From: a virus
Taxonomy: Duplodnaviria > Caudoviricetes
Length of the DNA: 64,000 bases
Reading direction: 5' to 3' (one strand)
Virus record (IMG/VR): IMGVR_UViG_2667527664_000002
Location: 15,911-79,910 of that record
The notes below the pieces were generated by a model. The model was given only the letters and a program-made list of their open reading frames with translations, searched no databases and was not told where the DNA came from. Both the position numbers and the translations under genes were made by a program. Shown piece by piece: positions 1-9,863 of this stretch (within the stretch, counting starts at the first letter, position 1; each line of letters begins with the position of its first letter).

Positions 1-9
1 TTTCTCTTT

Positions 10-231
10 CTATAGGAAAGGTACTTCATCTATGCTAACAACTTTTTCAACATAACCATCATATGAAGCTTGTTGAGTTTGCTCTTCATATGTTTTATTG
101 AGTTCTCCGATTAACATAACAATTTCTTTGAATGTGCTATCGAAGAACTCTTGTCTTGTGAAATTTAGTTGTGTTTTTGCAATAAAAAAAAGCCTATTTA
201 TATCGAATGGCTTCTCATTTAAATCTATTTT
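10..231 (-). CDS. gpT-like extension of the tail assembly chaperone, reached by -1 frameshift
   Basis: Open -1 frame (IDLNEKPFDINRLFFIAKTQLNFTRQEFF...VPFL*) with no own start, overlapping the A9 run AAA AAA AAA TAG at the end of 225..584. Confidence 0.75.
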   Translation of the reverse strand, partial: KIDLNEKPFDINRLFFIAKTQLNFTRQEFFDSTFKEIVMLIGELNKTYEEQTQQASYDGYVEKVVSIDEVPFL

Positions 232-584
232 TTTTTATTATTTTCTGATTTATTTTCATCAGTGGTATCAGATGTTTTAACTCCTCTATAATCAAAATAT
301 AAATCTGTTGCAAAAGCTACTATTTCATTTACAACTTGATCTGGAGTTAATTTTTCTTTTAATTCATCTATAGTTAATGGGGTTTCATTTTGTTCTTCAT
401 CAAGTCTTTTTGATATACAAGAACATACCATAACTTTTAAAGCATTGTTATATAAGTTTTTACCATACATAACCCCGTTTATGACATCTCCAAAGTTATC
501 AAATCTTTCATCTATATCAAATATAGTCTTATTTGTCATTTCAAAAGCTAAGTTTTCATTACCTACTTTAAATTTTATTTTCAT
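225..584 (-). CDS. Tail assembly chaperone (gpG-like)
   Basis: Follows the major tail gene; ends in slippery poly-A. Confidence 0.75.
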   Translation of the reverse strand: MKIKFKVGNENLAFEMTNKTIFDIDERFDNFGDVINGVMYGKNLYNNALKVMVCSCISKRLDEEQNETPLTIDELKEKLTPDQVVNEIVAFATDLYFDYRGVKTSDTTDENKSENNKKK

Positions 585-609
585 TTAACTTCACTCCCTA
601 TTATTTATA

Positions 610-1218
610 TTAATGTTCAGAACTAACTTCATCTGTTTTTTCTTCAGGTATAGTAACTTTTTCAAAGAATTTACTTAAAAACTCTTTAGTTACATTAGGA
701 GAATCACTACATACATTGTATTGCCATAATCCATTTATTAAAGGTCTAAAACTTGCTTCTATTTTCTTAGCTTGGAAGTTTGCTTTACCTTCCTTAGCTT
801 TTAGATCTTCATCTGATAACCCAAATGTTCCAGCATATAATATCCCATATTTATCTATTCCTTGAGCCTTTTCTGCTTTATATAAAATAGCAAGTGTTGG
901 AGCTATATCATTATCATTTTTTATTACTCCGCCTGTTTTAGCTAACTTGTGCCCCATAACGTAACAGTCATCTTCATCTTGTAAATCTGTTACATTTAAA
1001 GTTACTTTTACATCTTGTAAAGTTTGTTCCTCTAAAACTTTTCTTCCTTCATGGTAGTATGGATCACTATTTTGTTTTGGTTTTATTCCTATTTGTTTAA
1101 CCCCTTCTAAGTATCTAGGAGTATCAAAAGTTATATTCCCATCAGTTTCAGTTTTTAAGTGAGCTACATATAACTTACTTACGTTTACAACTGGTAATAT
1201 TTTTTGTGGTGCTGACAT
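610..1218 (-). CDS. Major tail protein (phi13 family)
   Basis: N-terminal 'VSKLYVA' segment, size and position. Confidence 0.85.
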   Translation of the reverse strand: MSAPQKILPVVNVSKLYVAHLKTETDGNITFDTPRYLEGVKQIGIKPKQNSDPYYHEGRKVLEEQTLQDVKVTLNVTDLQDEDDCYVMGHKLAKTGGVIKNDNDIAPTLAILYKAEKAQGIDKYGILYAGTFGLSDEDLKAKEGKANFQAKKIEASFRPLINGLWQYNVCSDSPNVTKEFLSKFFEKVTIPEEKTDEVSSEH

Positions 1219-1262
1219 TCTGCATCATTCCTTTCTTTTATAAATAAAGAAACTAGCTTAGA

Positions 1263-1646
1263 TTAGCTAGTTGGTAAATCAATATTAAACCTTAAAGGTT
1301 TATGTTTTAATCCTGTTTTTTCTTCAAATAAATCTGGACTCCCTGGATTATATTCAAATCCAGCTTTAATAAATTTATTAATTATAATTGTTTCTAAGTT
1401 TGTATAATCTCCTAAACTAAAAATATCAATTTGGACTAAGTGATTTAAATAATCTATATTACCCTCACTATATTCACTTCCTCTAGATCTAATAACTTGA
1501 TACTCTATATATGGAGGTTTAGGATTATTAGCATGAATAAAATATACTTTTTTATCACTTGTTAAATCTAATATATCTTTATCATTTAAAACTTCTTTTA
1601 ATTTCTTTTTTATAATCGAGGCATCTATTTTTATATTACTTTCCAA
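1263..1646 (-). CDS. Tail completion/terminator protein
   Basis: PYIEY...VQIDIFS...DLFEEKTGLKHK pattern; position. Confidence 0.7.
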   Translation of the reverse strand: MESNIKIDASIIKKKLKEVLNDKDILDLTSDKKVYFIHANNPKPPYIEYQVIRSRGSEYSEGNIDYLNHLVQIDIFSLGDYTNLETIIINKFIKAGFEYNPGSPDLFEEKTGLKHKPLRFNIDLPTS

Positions 1647-1650
1647 AATA

Positions 1651-2013
1651 TCACCCCATCTTTCTAAATATCGTTTGAGCTACCTTTGAAATAGCTTCCT
1701 CAGTATTTTCTTCAACACTTCTTTCAAAGTATCCTACATGAGCCTTTTGTTCACTTGTCCCATATTCTTGAAATATATCATAGAAGGCTTTACTTTTTGC
1801 AGTTCCTTCTGTTGCTAAAGCATTTTCTTTAACAGATACTTTAATCTCAGCAAGTTCTCCTGTTGGTCCTACTGGAGTATCATTTTCTAACCCTTCTCCA
1901 ATTATTTTTATACCTGACCTTACTGCTTGCCTTTTTATAACTGTATCTAAAGCCATATTTTTAACATATTCCTCAAACTCTTCAAATCCCTCAAGTTCTA
2001 TAGTGCTTGACAT
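1651..2013 (-). CDS. HK97 gp10-like neck protein
   Basis: TPV..TGEL and FQEYGTS motifs. Confidence 0.8.
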   Translation of the reverse strand: MSSTIELEGFEEFEEYVKNMALDTVIKRQAVRSGIKIIGEGLENDTPVGPTGELAEIKVSVKENALATEGTAKSKAFYDIFQEYGTSEQKAHVGYFERSVEENTEEAISKVAQTIFRKMG

Positions 2014-2067
2014 ATAAAACCTCCAAATAAAAAAAGAAAGCGAGATAGCTTCCTTTTTTATCTTTTA

Positions 2068-2877
2068 TTATTTTATTAAATTACCACTTATTCTAGGCAT
2101 TCCAGAATCATTTCTATCCATTACCTTCCCATACACCGTTATCGTTTTACCTTCTTCAATATCTTTTAACATTCCCTTATCTACTAATGAAATTTCATAT
2201 ACTCCATATCCATCGTCTTCTGCTACTTTTAAAGTAAATGTAGGGAAAACTGCATCTGGAATTATATTTGAAACTTCTCCAGTAGCAAAAACAGATTTAC
2301 CATACATTTGATTATCATTGATTTTAATAAAATCAGCTTTAACTGCTTCTTTCGCAATTTTTTTATTTAATTCATCTTGAGAAATTGAATCTTCTTTAAT
2401 TGGAATTTCAAATTCTACTTTTTGACCATATTGATCACTCTCAAATAGTATTTTAACTTCATCACTTTTATTTTTTAATCCATAATAAGCATCTACTGTG
2501 CAATTTGCCCCCTTAGGTAGTTCTTTTGGTTTACCTTTTGGAAACATAGAGCTTCCATCAGCTGCTGAATTTTTTGAATCTAATACAGTTAAGTCTTGTC
2601 CATGTATATATAAATTTTTATCTTCTTTATTTAAATTATCATATGTATATGTAACTTCAATAATTTCTTGTGGATTATTAAACTCTTCTTTGTATTCAAA
2701 GTCATTAACTCTTTTTACTGAATCAATTGTTAATGAATACATATCTGTACCATTTTTATCCTTAACTATTACCTTTTCTCCTTGCTTGTATACTTTAGTT
2801 TCTTCTTTCTTGTTTGAACATCCTACTAAAGCTATAATTGATATAATTATTAATGCTGAAATAAATATTTTTTTCAT
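2068..2877 (-). CDS. Lipoprotein moron (possible superinfection exclusion)
   Basis: Lipobox LVG-C; own TATAAT upstream and terminator at ~2027-2060; inserted among neck genes. Confidence 0.7.
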   Translation of the reverse strand: MKKIFISALIIISIIALVGCSNKKEETKVYKQGEKVIVKDKNGTDMYSLTIDSVKRVNDFEYKEEFNNPQEIIEVTYTYDNLNKEDKNLYIHGQDLTVLDSKNSAADGSSMFPKGKPKELPKGANCTVDAYYGLKNKSDEVKILFESDQYGQKVEFEIPIKEDSISQDELNKKIAKEAVKADFIKINDNQMYGKSVFATGEVSNIIPDAVFPTFTLKVAEDDGYGVYEISLVDKGMLKDIEEGKTITVYGKVMDRNDSGMPRISGNLIK

Positions 2878-2928
2878 GTCATAGCACCTCCAGTTTATAT
2901 TATAACCTAAAAGGTAATATTTGGAAAT

Positions 2929-3276
2929 CTAACAATTTATTTTAGATTTAATATCTACAAATTCATGCCTATTTTCAAAGTCTAAAACATCTAAAATATC
3001 ATAATAAAAACCTTTATATTCTATTCTAAATATTTTACTTGCTCCTGGATCTAGTAACTCTTTTACCTTATTACAGTATCTAACTGTAAATGTAACTATA
3101 TTTTCACTATTATTTGCTTTAGCGGCTATATATTCTTTTCCAGATACGCTTTTATAGCCACTCCAACATTTATAATGTTCTTTCCAAACTTCTTCATCAA
3201 ATCCATTTTCATTAGTTTCCTTTGAATCTGATAATTTTTCTATTTTTATTCTTTCTGTTAATCTACATTCAGCCAT
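2929..3276 (-). CDS. Head closure protein (SPP1 gp16-like)
   Basis: RIKI...W...SGKEY...FTVRY pattern. Confidence 0.85.
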   Translation of the reverse strand: MAECRLTERIKIEKLSDSKETNENGFDEEVWKEHYKCWSGYKSVSGKEYIAAKANNSENIVTFTVRYCNKVKELLDPGASKIFRIEYKGFYYDILDVLDFENRHEFVDIKSKINC

Positions 3277-3552
3277 TTAATCACCATACTTTAACTGAGT
3301 CATAATAGTTTGTAGTGAAAATCTCACTCTTTTTTTCCTTTTTTCTTCTTCCATTAATCCTTTATCTTTGTACCATTCATTGACTAATATTTTACAATAT
3401 CTTTTAGCTCTTTTATTTTCGCTAGTAAATTCTTTTCCAGTAGCATCTTTTAGATATTCCTCAGCTGCATCTATACAGTCTTGAATTTCTTCATCGTCAT
3501 CGTCAAAATCTACTTTTAAGAACTTTTTAGCCTCTTCTAAATTTAGAATCAT
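3277..3552 (-). CDS. Head-tail connector (HK97 gp6-like)
   Basis: LEEAKKFLKVD.DDDD..I...I.AAEEYL motif. Confidence 0.9.
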   Translation of the reverse strand: MILNLEEAKKFLKVDFDDDDEEIQDCIDAAEEYLKDATGKEFTSENKRAKRYCKILVNEWYKDKGLMEEEKRKKRVRFSLQTIMTQLKYGD

Positions 3553-3630
3553 TTAATCCCTCATTTCTTAAAAAATAGCTAAAAAAACGACCTTTTTAAA
3601 TCGATTCTAAGGTGTTTCAAAAACTTTAAT

Positions 3631-3670
3631 AGACTAATAATACCTTGTAATTTCAACGTATTATTAGTCT
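3631..3670. repeat. 13-bp perfect inverted repeat downstream of the major capsid gene
   Basis: AGACTAATAATAC-N14-GTATTATTAGTCT. Confidence 0.8.
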
Positions 3671-3696
3671 GAAATATTTTTTACTTTAATTTTTTA

Positions 3697-4851
3697 TTAA
3701 TGCTCTGAACTTACTACACTTGTATCTATATATCCATTAACAATTGCAGCTTTATCTTTTATTGTTACATCTTCTCTTTCTATAGCTCTAAATAAAGTTA
3801 AATCTTCTTCAAATGCATTTAATTCTCCTATAGCTGCTGTATCAGACATTTTTATATTCATTAAAGCTCTATCCCAGAAAACTATACCTTCTTTTAAATC
3901 TCCTATTATAAAAGGTATTTTATTTCCTGTAGTAGATAAATCACTATTTGGACAAACTTCAACTGGTATAGTTAATGATCCAGCACATAATTTAAGTGCC
4001 ATAGGTTCTTTTGGATCTGGTTGTAAAATATATTTTCCATCTGAATCTTTTAGTGTATCTAAATATTGTAATCCATCATCATTTGTAATTATTTTACTAG
4101 TTGGCTTAAAAGTAGCCCCTAAAGTAACATTTAAAGCCTTCTTAATATCATCTAATCCATTTAATTTTGTCTCATCTATTGTTTTTATTTGTTCTAATAT
4201 TAATTTATTTTGAGTTACTCTTGATTCATCACCTATCCATTCTATTAAAGTATTAACTATATTTTGGTCTGAATCTGCAAGTAATTCATTCGTTACAGTA
4301 AAATATCCTGCATATTTTTCAATTTCATATTTTAATCTCTCAAATTGAGGTGTATTTTTTTCACCTATTTTACCTCCTTCACCTACTTTAACAAATCCAG
4401 TTTGTTGAGATCTCTTTTTGAAAGTTCTTTGTCCTTTATCAGTAGTAACTTTTTCAACTGTTACTAAATCCTTTAAAGACTTTTTAGATTCTTTATATGT
4501 ATTTATTTTAGTTAATATATCTTCTGGAACAGTATATCCACCCTCTGCTGGAGTTCCAACTGACATTTTATTATCTATTTTAAATCCATTTCTTGCAGCA
4601 TTAGCAAATTCAACAATTGAATCTTTGTTTTCTGGAGTAACTTTTATCCCTTCTCCATCTTTAATTTTATTTTTTGCTTCTTCATTTTCTCCAGCTTCTA
4701 AATCATAAAGAAGGTCAAATTTATCACTTAAATTTTTCAATTCTTCTTTAGCCGCTTTCGCTTCCTCTAGTTTATTTTCATTAGCTAAATTCTTTACTAA
4801 TTCTTTTTGAGCTTTTATCTTATTCATTAATTCTAATAATTCTTTTGACAT
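3697..4851 (-). CDS. Major capsid protein, HK97 family
   Basis: N-terminal coiled-coil delta domain; GGYTVPEDI and LKDSDGKYI motifs. Confidence 0.95.
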   Translation of the reverse strand: MSKELLELMNKIKAQKELVKNLANENKLEEAKAAKEELKNLSDKFDLLYDLEAGENEEAKNKIKDGEGIKVTPENKDSIVEFANAARNGFKIDNKMSVGTPAEGGYTVPEDILTKINTYKESKKSLKDLVTVEKVTTDKGQRTFKKRSQQTGFVKVGEGGKIGEKNTPQFERLKYEIEKYAGYFTVTNELLADSDQNIVNTLIEWIGDESRVTQNKLILEQIKTIDETKLNGLDDIKKALNVTLGATFKPTSKIITNDDGLQYLDTLKDSDGKYILQPDPKEPMALKLCAGSLTIPVEVCPNSDLSTTGNKIPFIIGDLKEGIVFWDRALMNIKMSDTAAIGELNAFEEDLTLFRAIEREDVTIKDKAAIVNGYIDTSVVSSEH

Positions 4852-4903
4852 TTTTATTCCTCACTTTTTTATATATTTTTGGATTTTGGCAATAAAAAAA
4901 GAT

Positions 4904-5749
4904 TTAGTATAAATCTAAATCATTTAATAAATCTTCCTTTTCTTTTTCAATTGTATTTTCTACTTTTTTATCATCTTCTTTTTGATTCTGTAGATGTAAA
5001 AGTACTTTATTTGCAATTTCTTCTATATCTAGGCTTTGATTTTCATCACTTTTTTTATTTTCTTTAAATAAGTTTTTAGGAGTATTTTTATATTTATCTA
5101 AAAACTCTGATGAACAAGCTACTAATTCAAATTCATCCTCAACTTTTATATTAAATAGTTCCGCTGCACTTTCTCCAGTAAACCACTTTTCTTCATCCAT
5201 TAAGGCCGACAATTCTTCTTTAGTAACTCCTTCTTTTGCATTTTCCATATAAATATTTAGTATGCTTTCTTTGCAACTATCCAATGTACTAGCAATTTTC
5301 CTTAGGTCTGATGCATTATATGAGTTCCATAGCATACATAAAGGATTATGAATCATAAAGCTAGCATATTTAGGTACTATAACTTCATCTCCTGCAAGTG
5401 CTATTACACTAGCTATACTTGCTGCTAATCCATCAACATGAACAGTCTTTTTACCTTTATGTCTCTTTAGCATACTATAAATTGCTATTCCACCAAATAC
5501 AGATCCACCGCCAGAATTGATATATATATCTACATTTTGTGAATTCTCTAGTTCTTTTAGGAAGTCACTTACATCTTGAGGGCATTTATCTTCGTCTGCC
5601 CACCAGCTACTCCAACTGTCTGAAACTATATCTCCATAGAAATAAAGCTCTGCTTTTTCTTCTGTTTGATTTTTTATTTCTATCTTACCAACATTTTTTA
5701 ATTCTCCAGTTTTAGTATCTTTATTTTGTAAATTTAATATTTTATTCAC
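4904..5749 (-). CDS. ClpP-like prohead protease
   Basis: INSGGGSV, DGLAASIASVI and MIHNP motifs. Confidence 0.95.
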   Translation of the reverse strand: MNKILNLQNKDTKTGELKNVGKIEIKNQTEEKAELYFYGDIVSDSWSSWWADEDKCPQDVSDFLKELENSQNVDIYINSGGGSVFGGIAIYSMLKRHKGKKTVHVDGLAASIASVIALAGDEVIVPKYASFMIHNPLCMLWNSYNASDLRKIASTLDSCKESILNIYMENAKEGVTKEELSALMDEEKWFTGESAAELFNIKVEDEFELVACSSEFLDKYKNTPKNLFKENKKSDENQSLDIEEIANKVLLHLQNQKEDDKKVENTIEKEKEDLLNDLDLY

Positions 5750-7004
5750 TGTTTTCGCCTCCTTTCGAATATTGCTTTCCTACATCTGTGATAGGTATAT
5801 AGTTACCATTACAAATTAATATGTCTCCACCTTCTATTGCTGGCATATCTAAAATATCTCTAGCATTATTTGGAGTGTATATAGCATTATTTACAAAGGA
5901 TGTTAAGCACTCTGCCTGTGTCTTTGCATCTGTTCGTAAAATAGCTTTTTCATTGAATTTATAATACTTATTTTCATTTTTCTCTTCATCACTTAATAAT
6001 TTGTAGCAAATTTCCTCTTCATATTGTTTCAATATAAATTGTTCTGTATCTACATAAAAGCTAAGTTGTTGCATCTCTCCACTTGAATAACTAGATTTTT
6101 CATAGTTATTTATTTGGTTTGGCTTTATTCCAAATGCTCCTGCTATTTGAAGTGATGAAAATTTCTTTAATTCATAAAATTGGCTATCTGTTAGCTTTAT
6201 ATTTAAAGGTGTTATTTTCATACCTAATGGTATAGGAATTATTTTACCTGCATTGTCTGAACCATTAGCAAACCTTGAAATACCTTCTATTAATTTATCT
6301 TCTTTTGACTTATCTAAATCACCTGTATATTCCAATGTAGCCTTTGCAGTAAGTCCTGTTTTGTAAAGGTTATTAATGAAGTTTTGACTTTCAACTCCAC
6401 CCTCAAGTGTATATTTTAAAATTTTACTAACTGGCTCACCTAATATACCATCAAATGTAAATGAGGTTTTAAAGTGTAGCACTTCTTCATTTTTAAATAC
6501 AAATTGTTCTCCTGTGTATCTATCAGTATAGATATACCAAAGTGCATCCTTAATTCCAAAGATTCCTTTATTGTCCATAATAACTTGTACATCATTACTT
6601 GGCATAATCCATAAATCTTTTATTTCATATGTAGCTCCATATTTTTCACGCTTAAATTCTTTTCGTATATAAACATAAGCATTTCCAAAGTGATTTCTAT
6701 TGTTCTCTACAGTTGCCCAAAATATGGAGGGTGTCATATAAGGGTTAGGTCTAACCTTTAATAAATTATATGCTTTATTTGGTGCTGCTCTTATTACACC
6801 TTTTTCTGTTTCTTGATACATTTTAATAGGCATTTTACCTAATGTCTCAGATAACATTTTTAAGCAAGTAAAATAAGTAACTTCACTTAATATATTTTTA
6901 TTTCTAGTTGTTATACCTAGCCACTCTAATAACTTTTCACTTCTCATATCAACAGTTTGTGGTTTAGGCATTATTAGATTTTTTAAACTTTTTATAAGGT
7001 TCAT
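5742..7004 (-). CDS. Portal protein, HK97 family
   Basis: RPNPYMT, GNAYVYI, DSQFYE and IAGAFGI motifs. Confidence 0.95.
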   Translation of the reverse strand: MNLIKSLKNLIMPKPQTVDMRSEKLLEWLGITTRNKNILSEVTYFTCLKMLSETLGKMPIKMYQETEKGVIRAAPNKAYNLLKVRPNPYMTPSIFWATVENNRNHFGNAYVYIRKEFKREKYGATYEIKDLWIMPSNDVQVIMDNKGIFGIKDALWYIYTDRYTGEQFVFKNEEVLHFKTSFTFDGILGEPVSKILKYTLEGGVESQNFINNLYKTGLTAKATLEYTGDLDKSKEDKLIEGISRFANGSDNAGKIIPIPLGMKITPLNIKLTDSQFYELKKFSSLQIAGAFGIKPNQINNYEKSSYSSGEMQQLSFYVDTEQFILKQYEEEICYKLLSDEEKNENKYYKFNEKAILRTDAKTQAECLTSFVNNAIYTPNNARDILDMPAIEGGDILICNGNYIPITDVGKQYSKGGENSE

Positions 7005-7019
7005 TTTTACACCTCCCTT

Positions 7020-8741
7020 CTAATTCCATCCCATCATATCTAGATACTTATCAACTGATTCATTTACATTTACTAATCTTTCTTCTTTAAATGCTAACTT
7101 ATATGCATCTATAATAGAATCTATTGGGTCTATTCTTTTATTTCTTCTATCTTTATCTATCTTAATTTCTCCATTTGGATTAGATACAGTTTTTGCATTT
7201 AAGGCTGACCATGAAAGTAACTCATTTTCTTTGTTATACTCAATATTTTTCGCTCTAACCTCAAGTTCAAAGTCCTCAGTAGGATCATTAAGCCATTTGT
7301 GAGTTTGATAAATTTCTATACAATCAAATCCTAATTCTGATAAATCACTTAAAAAAGCATCTGCATTGTGGGGATCATAGCCTAACTGTTCAATTTTAAG
7401 GTCGTATTTTTCAATAAGATCATTTAAATATTTAATTATATATTTATAGTCAGTTTTAATACCTCCTAAAGTTTCTGTAACTGTCAATAATTCATCTTTA
7501 ATCCATAAATTATATGGTGCATCGTCACTTTTGATATGTTCCTCTACTTTCATTTTTGGTATAAAACTATGAGAATGAATATAATACTTCTTAACCCCAT
7601 CAACATAATATACAAACACCAATGCTATTGAAGTTAAGTCTCCTCCGGAACTTAAGTCTAATCCTGCATAACATTTTTGACCCCTAAAATCTTCTAGAGT
7701 TCTTTCACTTTCGCATTCCTTCCAAAACTTAGGCTTTATATATTGGTCATCTGTAAATTGAATCCATATATTTAACGCCTTTGTTAGAAAATCTCTTAAA
7801 TCATCTCCACCCATATCTCTTGCAGAATCTCCTACTCTTTTTAAATTTTCAAGATCTTCTGCATCTTTACATACTAGTGGATTAGCTTTTATCCAATTTT
7901 TAGAGTTCCAAATATCATCTTCTTCATCCATTTCAGCTATATACACAAATTGAGCATCATTAGTAAATACATTTTCTAAAATGTTTTTACAGTATTCATA
8001 CAGCTTAAAACAAGGACAGTTTAATTCAAATCCAGCAGTAGTTATTACTGAAATTAAACACTGTTTCATTTTTCTTGTACCACCCTCAAGCAACTTATAC
8101 ATTTGATTGTTCTTATGGGCGTGATATTCATCGACTATACCCAGCAACGGTCTAAAACCATCTATTGATTTTGTATCTCTTCCTAATGCTCTTATTATAG
8201 AATTAGTATTTAAAGCTATTATTGTATTATCATGTTCCTTAACCTTAAAAAACTCTGATAGATCTTCATCAGAGTTAATAAACTTAATCATTTCATTTAA
8301 TACTATTTTAGCTTGATCTGATTTAGTAGCCGTACAATATAGTTGTCCATATTTATAACCACTAAAAGCCCCATAATATGTACCTAAAATACCATTTAAA
8401 AATGATTTTCCATTTTGTCTACCAAGCTGAACATACGATGTTCTAAATCTCCTATAGCTAGTATCTTTTGTAACCCATCCATTTAGGCATCCTAATATGA
8501 ATACTTGAAATCCTTCTAAATTTACAGGAATTTCTTCCTCTCCCTCTGCTATTATAAGTGTTTCTGCAAAATCTAAAATATCATTTGCCTTTTCTATATC
8601 AAACTCATACTTATATGAATCTAATTTAGACTTCTCTAAATCCTCTAAATGTCTTTTACATGCTAGGATTGCGGGTCTTCCAGCTATAATTTTTCCTTCT
8701 ACTACATCTACCGCATATTGAGTAACCCTATCTAAATTCAC
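7020..8741 (-). CDS. terL: Terminase large subunit
   Basis: GRQNGKS Walker A, VDEYHAH Walker B, GLDLS nuclease motif, RIDP. Confidence 0.95.
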   Translation of the reverse strand: MNLDRVTQYAVDVVEGKIIAGRPAILACKRHLEDLEKSKLDSYKYEFDIEKANDILDFAETLIIAEGEEEIPVNLEGFQVFILGCLNGWVTKDTSYRRFRTSYVQLGRQNGKSFLNGILGTYYGAFSGYKYGQLYCTATKSDQAKIVLNEMIKFINSDEDLSEFFKVKEHDNTIIALNTNSIIRALGRDTKSIDGFRPLLGIVDEYHAHKNNQMYKLLEGGTRKMKQCLISVITTAGFELNCPCFKLYEYCKNILENVFTNDAQFVYIAEMDEEDDIWNSKNWIKANPLVCKDAEDLENLKRVGDSARDMGGDDLRDFLTKALNIWIQFTDDQYIKPKFWKECESERTLEDFRGQKCYAGLDLSSGGDLTSIALVFVYYVDGVKKYYIHSHSFIPKMKVEEHIKSDDAPYNLWIKDELLTVTETLGGIKTDYKYIIKYLNDLIEKYDLKIEQLGYDPHNADAFLSDLSELGFDCIEIYQTHKWLNDPTEDFELEVRAKNIEYNKENELLSWSALNAKTVSNPNGEIKIDKDRRNKRIDPIDSIIDAYKLAFKEERLVNVNESVDKYLDMMGWN

Positions 8742-8754
8742 ATAAAATCACCCC

Positions 8755-9216
8755 CTATTTTGCAAACTTAGAAAACTTGTTTTTCTTTTCATCTGTACTT
8801 GGTTTAGGTATAACCAATCTGCATCTGCTAGATATAGTTAACCCCATATCTGAAGCAAAGCTTCTGCATTGTTTAATATGTCTATCTTCAATTATTGATA
8901 GTTTATTATATTCTTCAAAATCTTCCTGTGGATCTAATGAGTCTAATTTAAGAGCTACCTTTACATATCTACTATAAGCTTTTATATATGTAGCTAATGA
9001 GTTGCAATCTACATTACCCATTATGCCTATATCTTTTAGCTCTTTTGATATCTTTTTAAACTGTTTTTTCTCTTCTTTTGTTAAGTGATTAGGAGGTTTT
9101 ATTTTATCTGAATTTGCTTTCACTTCTGTACTTTTTCTTTGCTCAATCTCAGCTTTTGTAAGGTGTTTCTTACCATTTGCTACTACTAATTCAATTGGTT
9201 GTTTTTTGCCTGCCAC
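8755..9216 (-). CDS. terS: Terminase small subunit, P27 family
   Basis: KPPNHL and MGLTISSRCRL motifs. Confidence 0.9.
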   Translation of the reverse strand: MAGKKQPIELVVANGKKHLTKAEIEQRKSTEVKANSDKIKPPNHLTKEEKKQFKKISKELKDIGIMGNVDCNSLATYIKAYSRYVKVALKLDSLDPQEDFEEYNKLSIIEDRHIKQCRSFASDMGLTISSRCRLVIPKPSTDEKKNKFSKFAK

Positions 9217-9249
9217 CTTATTTTCCCTCCTATCCTGTTCAAATTTTTC

Positions 9250-9330
9250 AGTGGGGAGTTTCCGCGGAAAAAAACTGCAACCGTGGACTTAGGGCAAAAG
9301 CCAAAAACTTTTTGACTACCCCCCTACCCT
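9250..9330. other. Probable cos region
   Basis: GC-rich intergenic segment (GGGGGTAG...CCACGGTTGCAG...CCGCGG) between HNH and terS, the usual position in HK97-like phages. Confidence 0.5.
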
Positions 9331-9744
9331 TTAGTAATTTTCTTTTATCAATTCTTTTAGTTCATTTTGCATCTTAACTTTAGATGCTTCTCCTTTATCG
9401 TACATTCTATGTACCTTGTTATGACACCTGTCTCATAAGCATATAAGGTTATTCATATTTAATCTCTTGCTCCAGCAATCTTTTAAAGTCTCTATATGAT
9501 GTACTACATCACTTAAGTTATCATCACATAACTTACATATACCATCATCTCTTTGCCTTACAGAATCTCTAGTAAACTTCCATTCTTTACTACAATAAAA
9601 TTTCTGTTCTTTAAAATCTACTCTTCGCTTTCTATAATCCTTGTATACTTTCTGTTGTCTATTATTAAATTTAGCTTCACATTCAGAACACATAGAAATT
9701 TCTTGGGGAATAATTTTCCCACATCTACAAAACTTCTTTAGCAT
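9331..9744 (-). pseudogene. Terminase-associated HNH endonuclease with in-frame TGA at 9433-9435
   Basis: Reads ...VHHI...NLICL*DRCHNKVH...KENY. The stop sits where the first Cys of the second CxxC is expected, and the frame continues to TAA at 9331. Confidence 0.85.
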
Positions 9745-9863
9745 ATCTAATTCCTCATTTATCAATTTTCAATTTAAACAATACTTTGTTTCATATCATC
9801 ATCTAAATCATTTACTCCTACAAAATAAAAAAGAACCCTTTTAAAGAGTTCTTTTTTTGTTTA

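Noticed and set aside
9400-9440. Selenocysteine insertion at the HNH TGA
   Set aside because: No convincing bacterial SECIS hairpin at the expected distance; a nonsense mutation is simpler.
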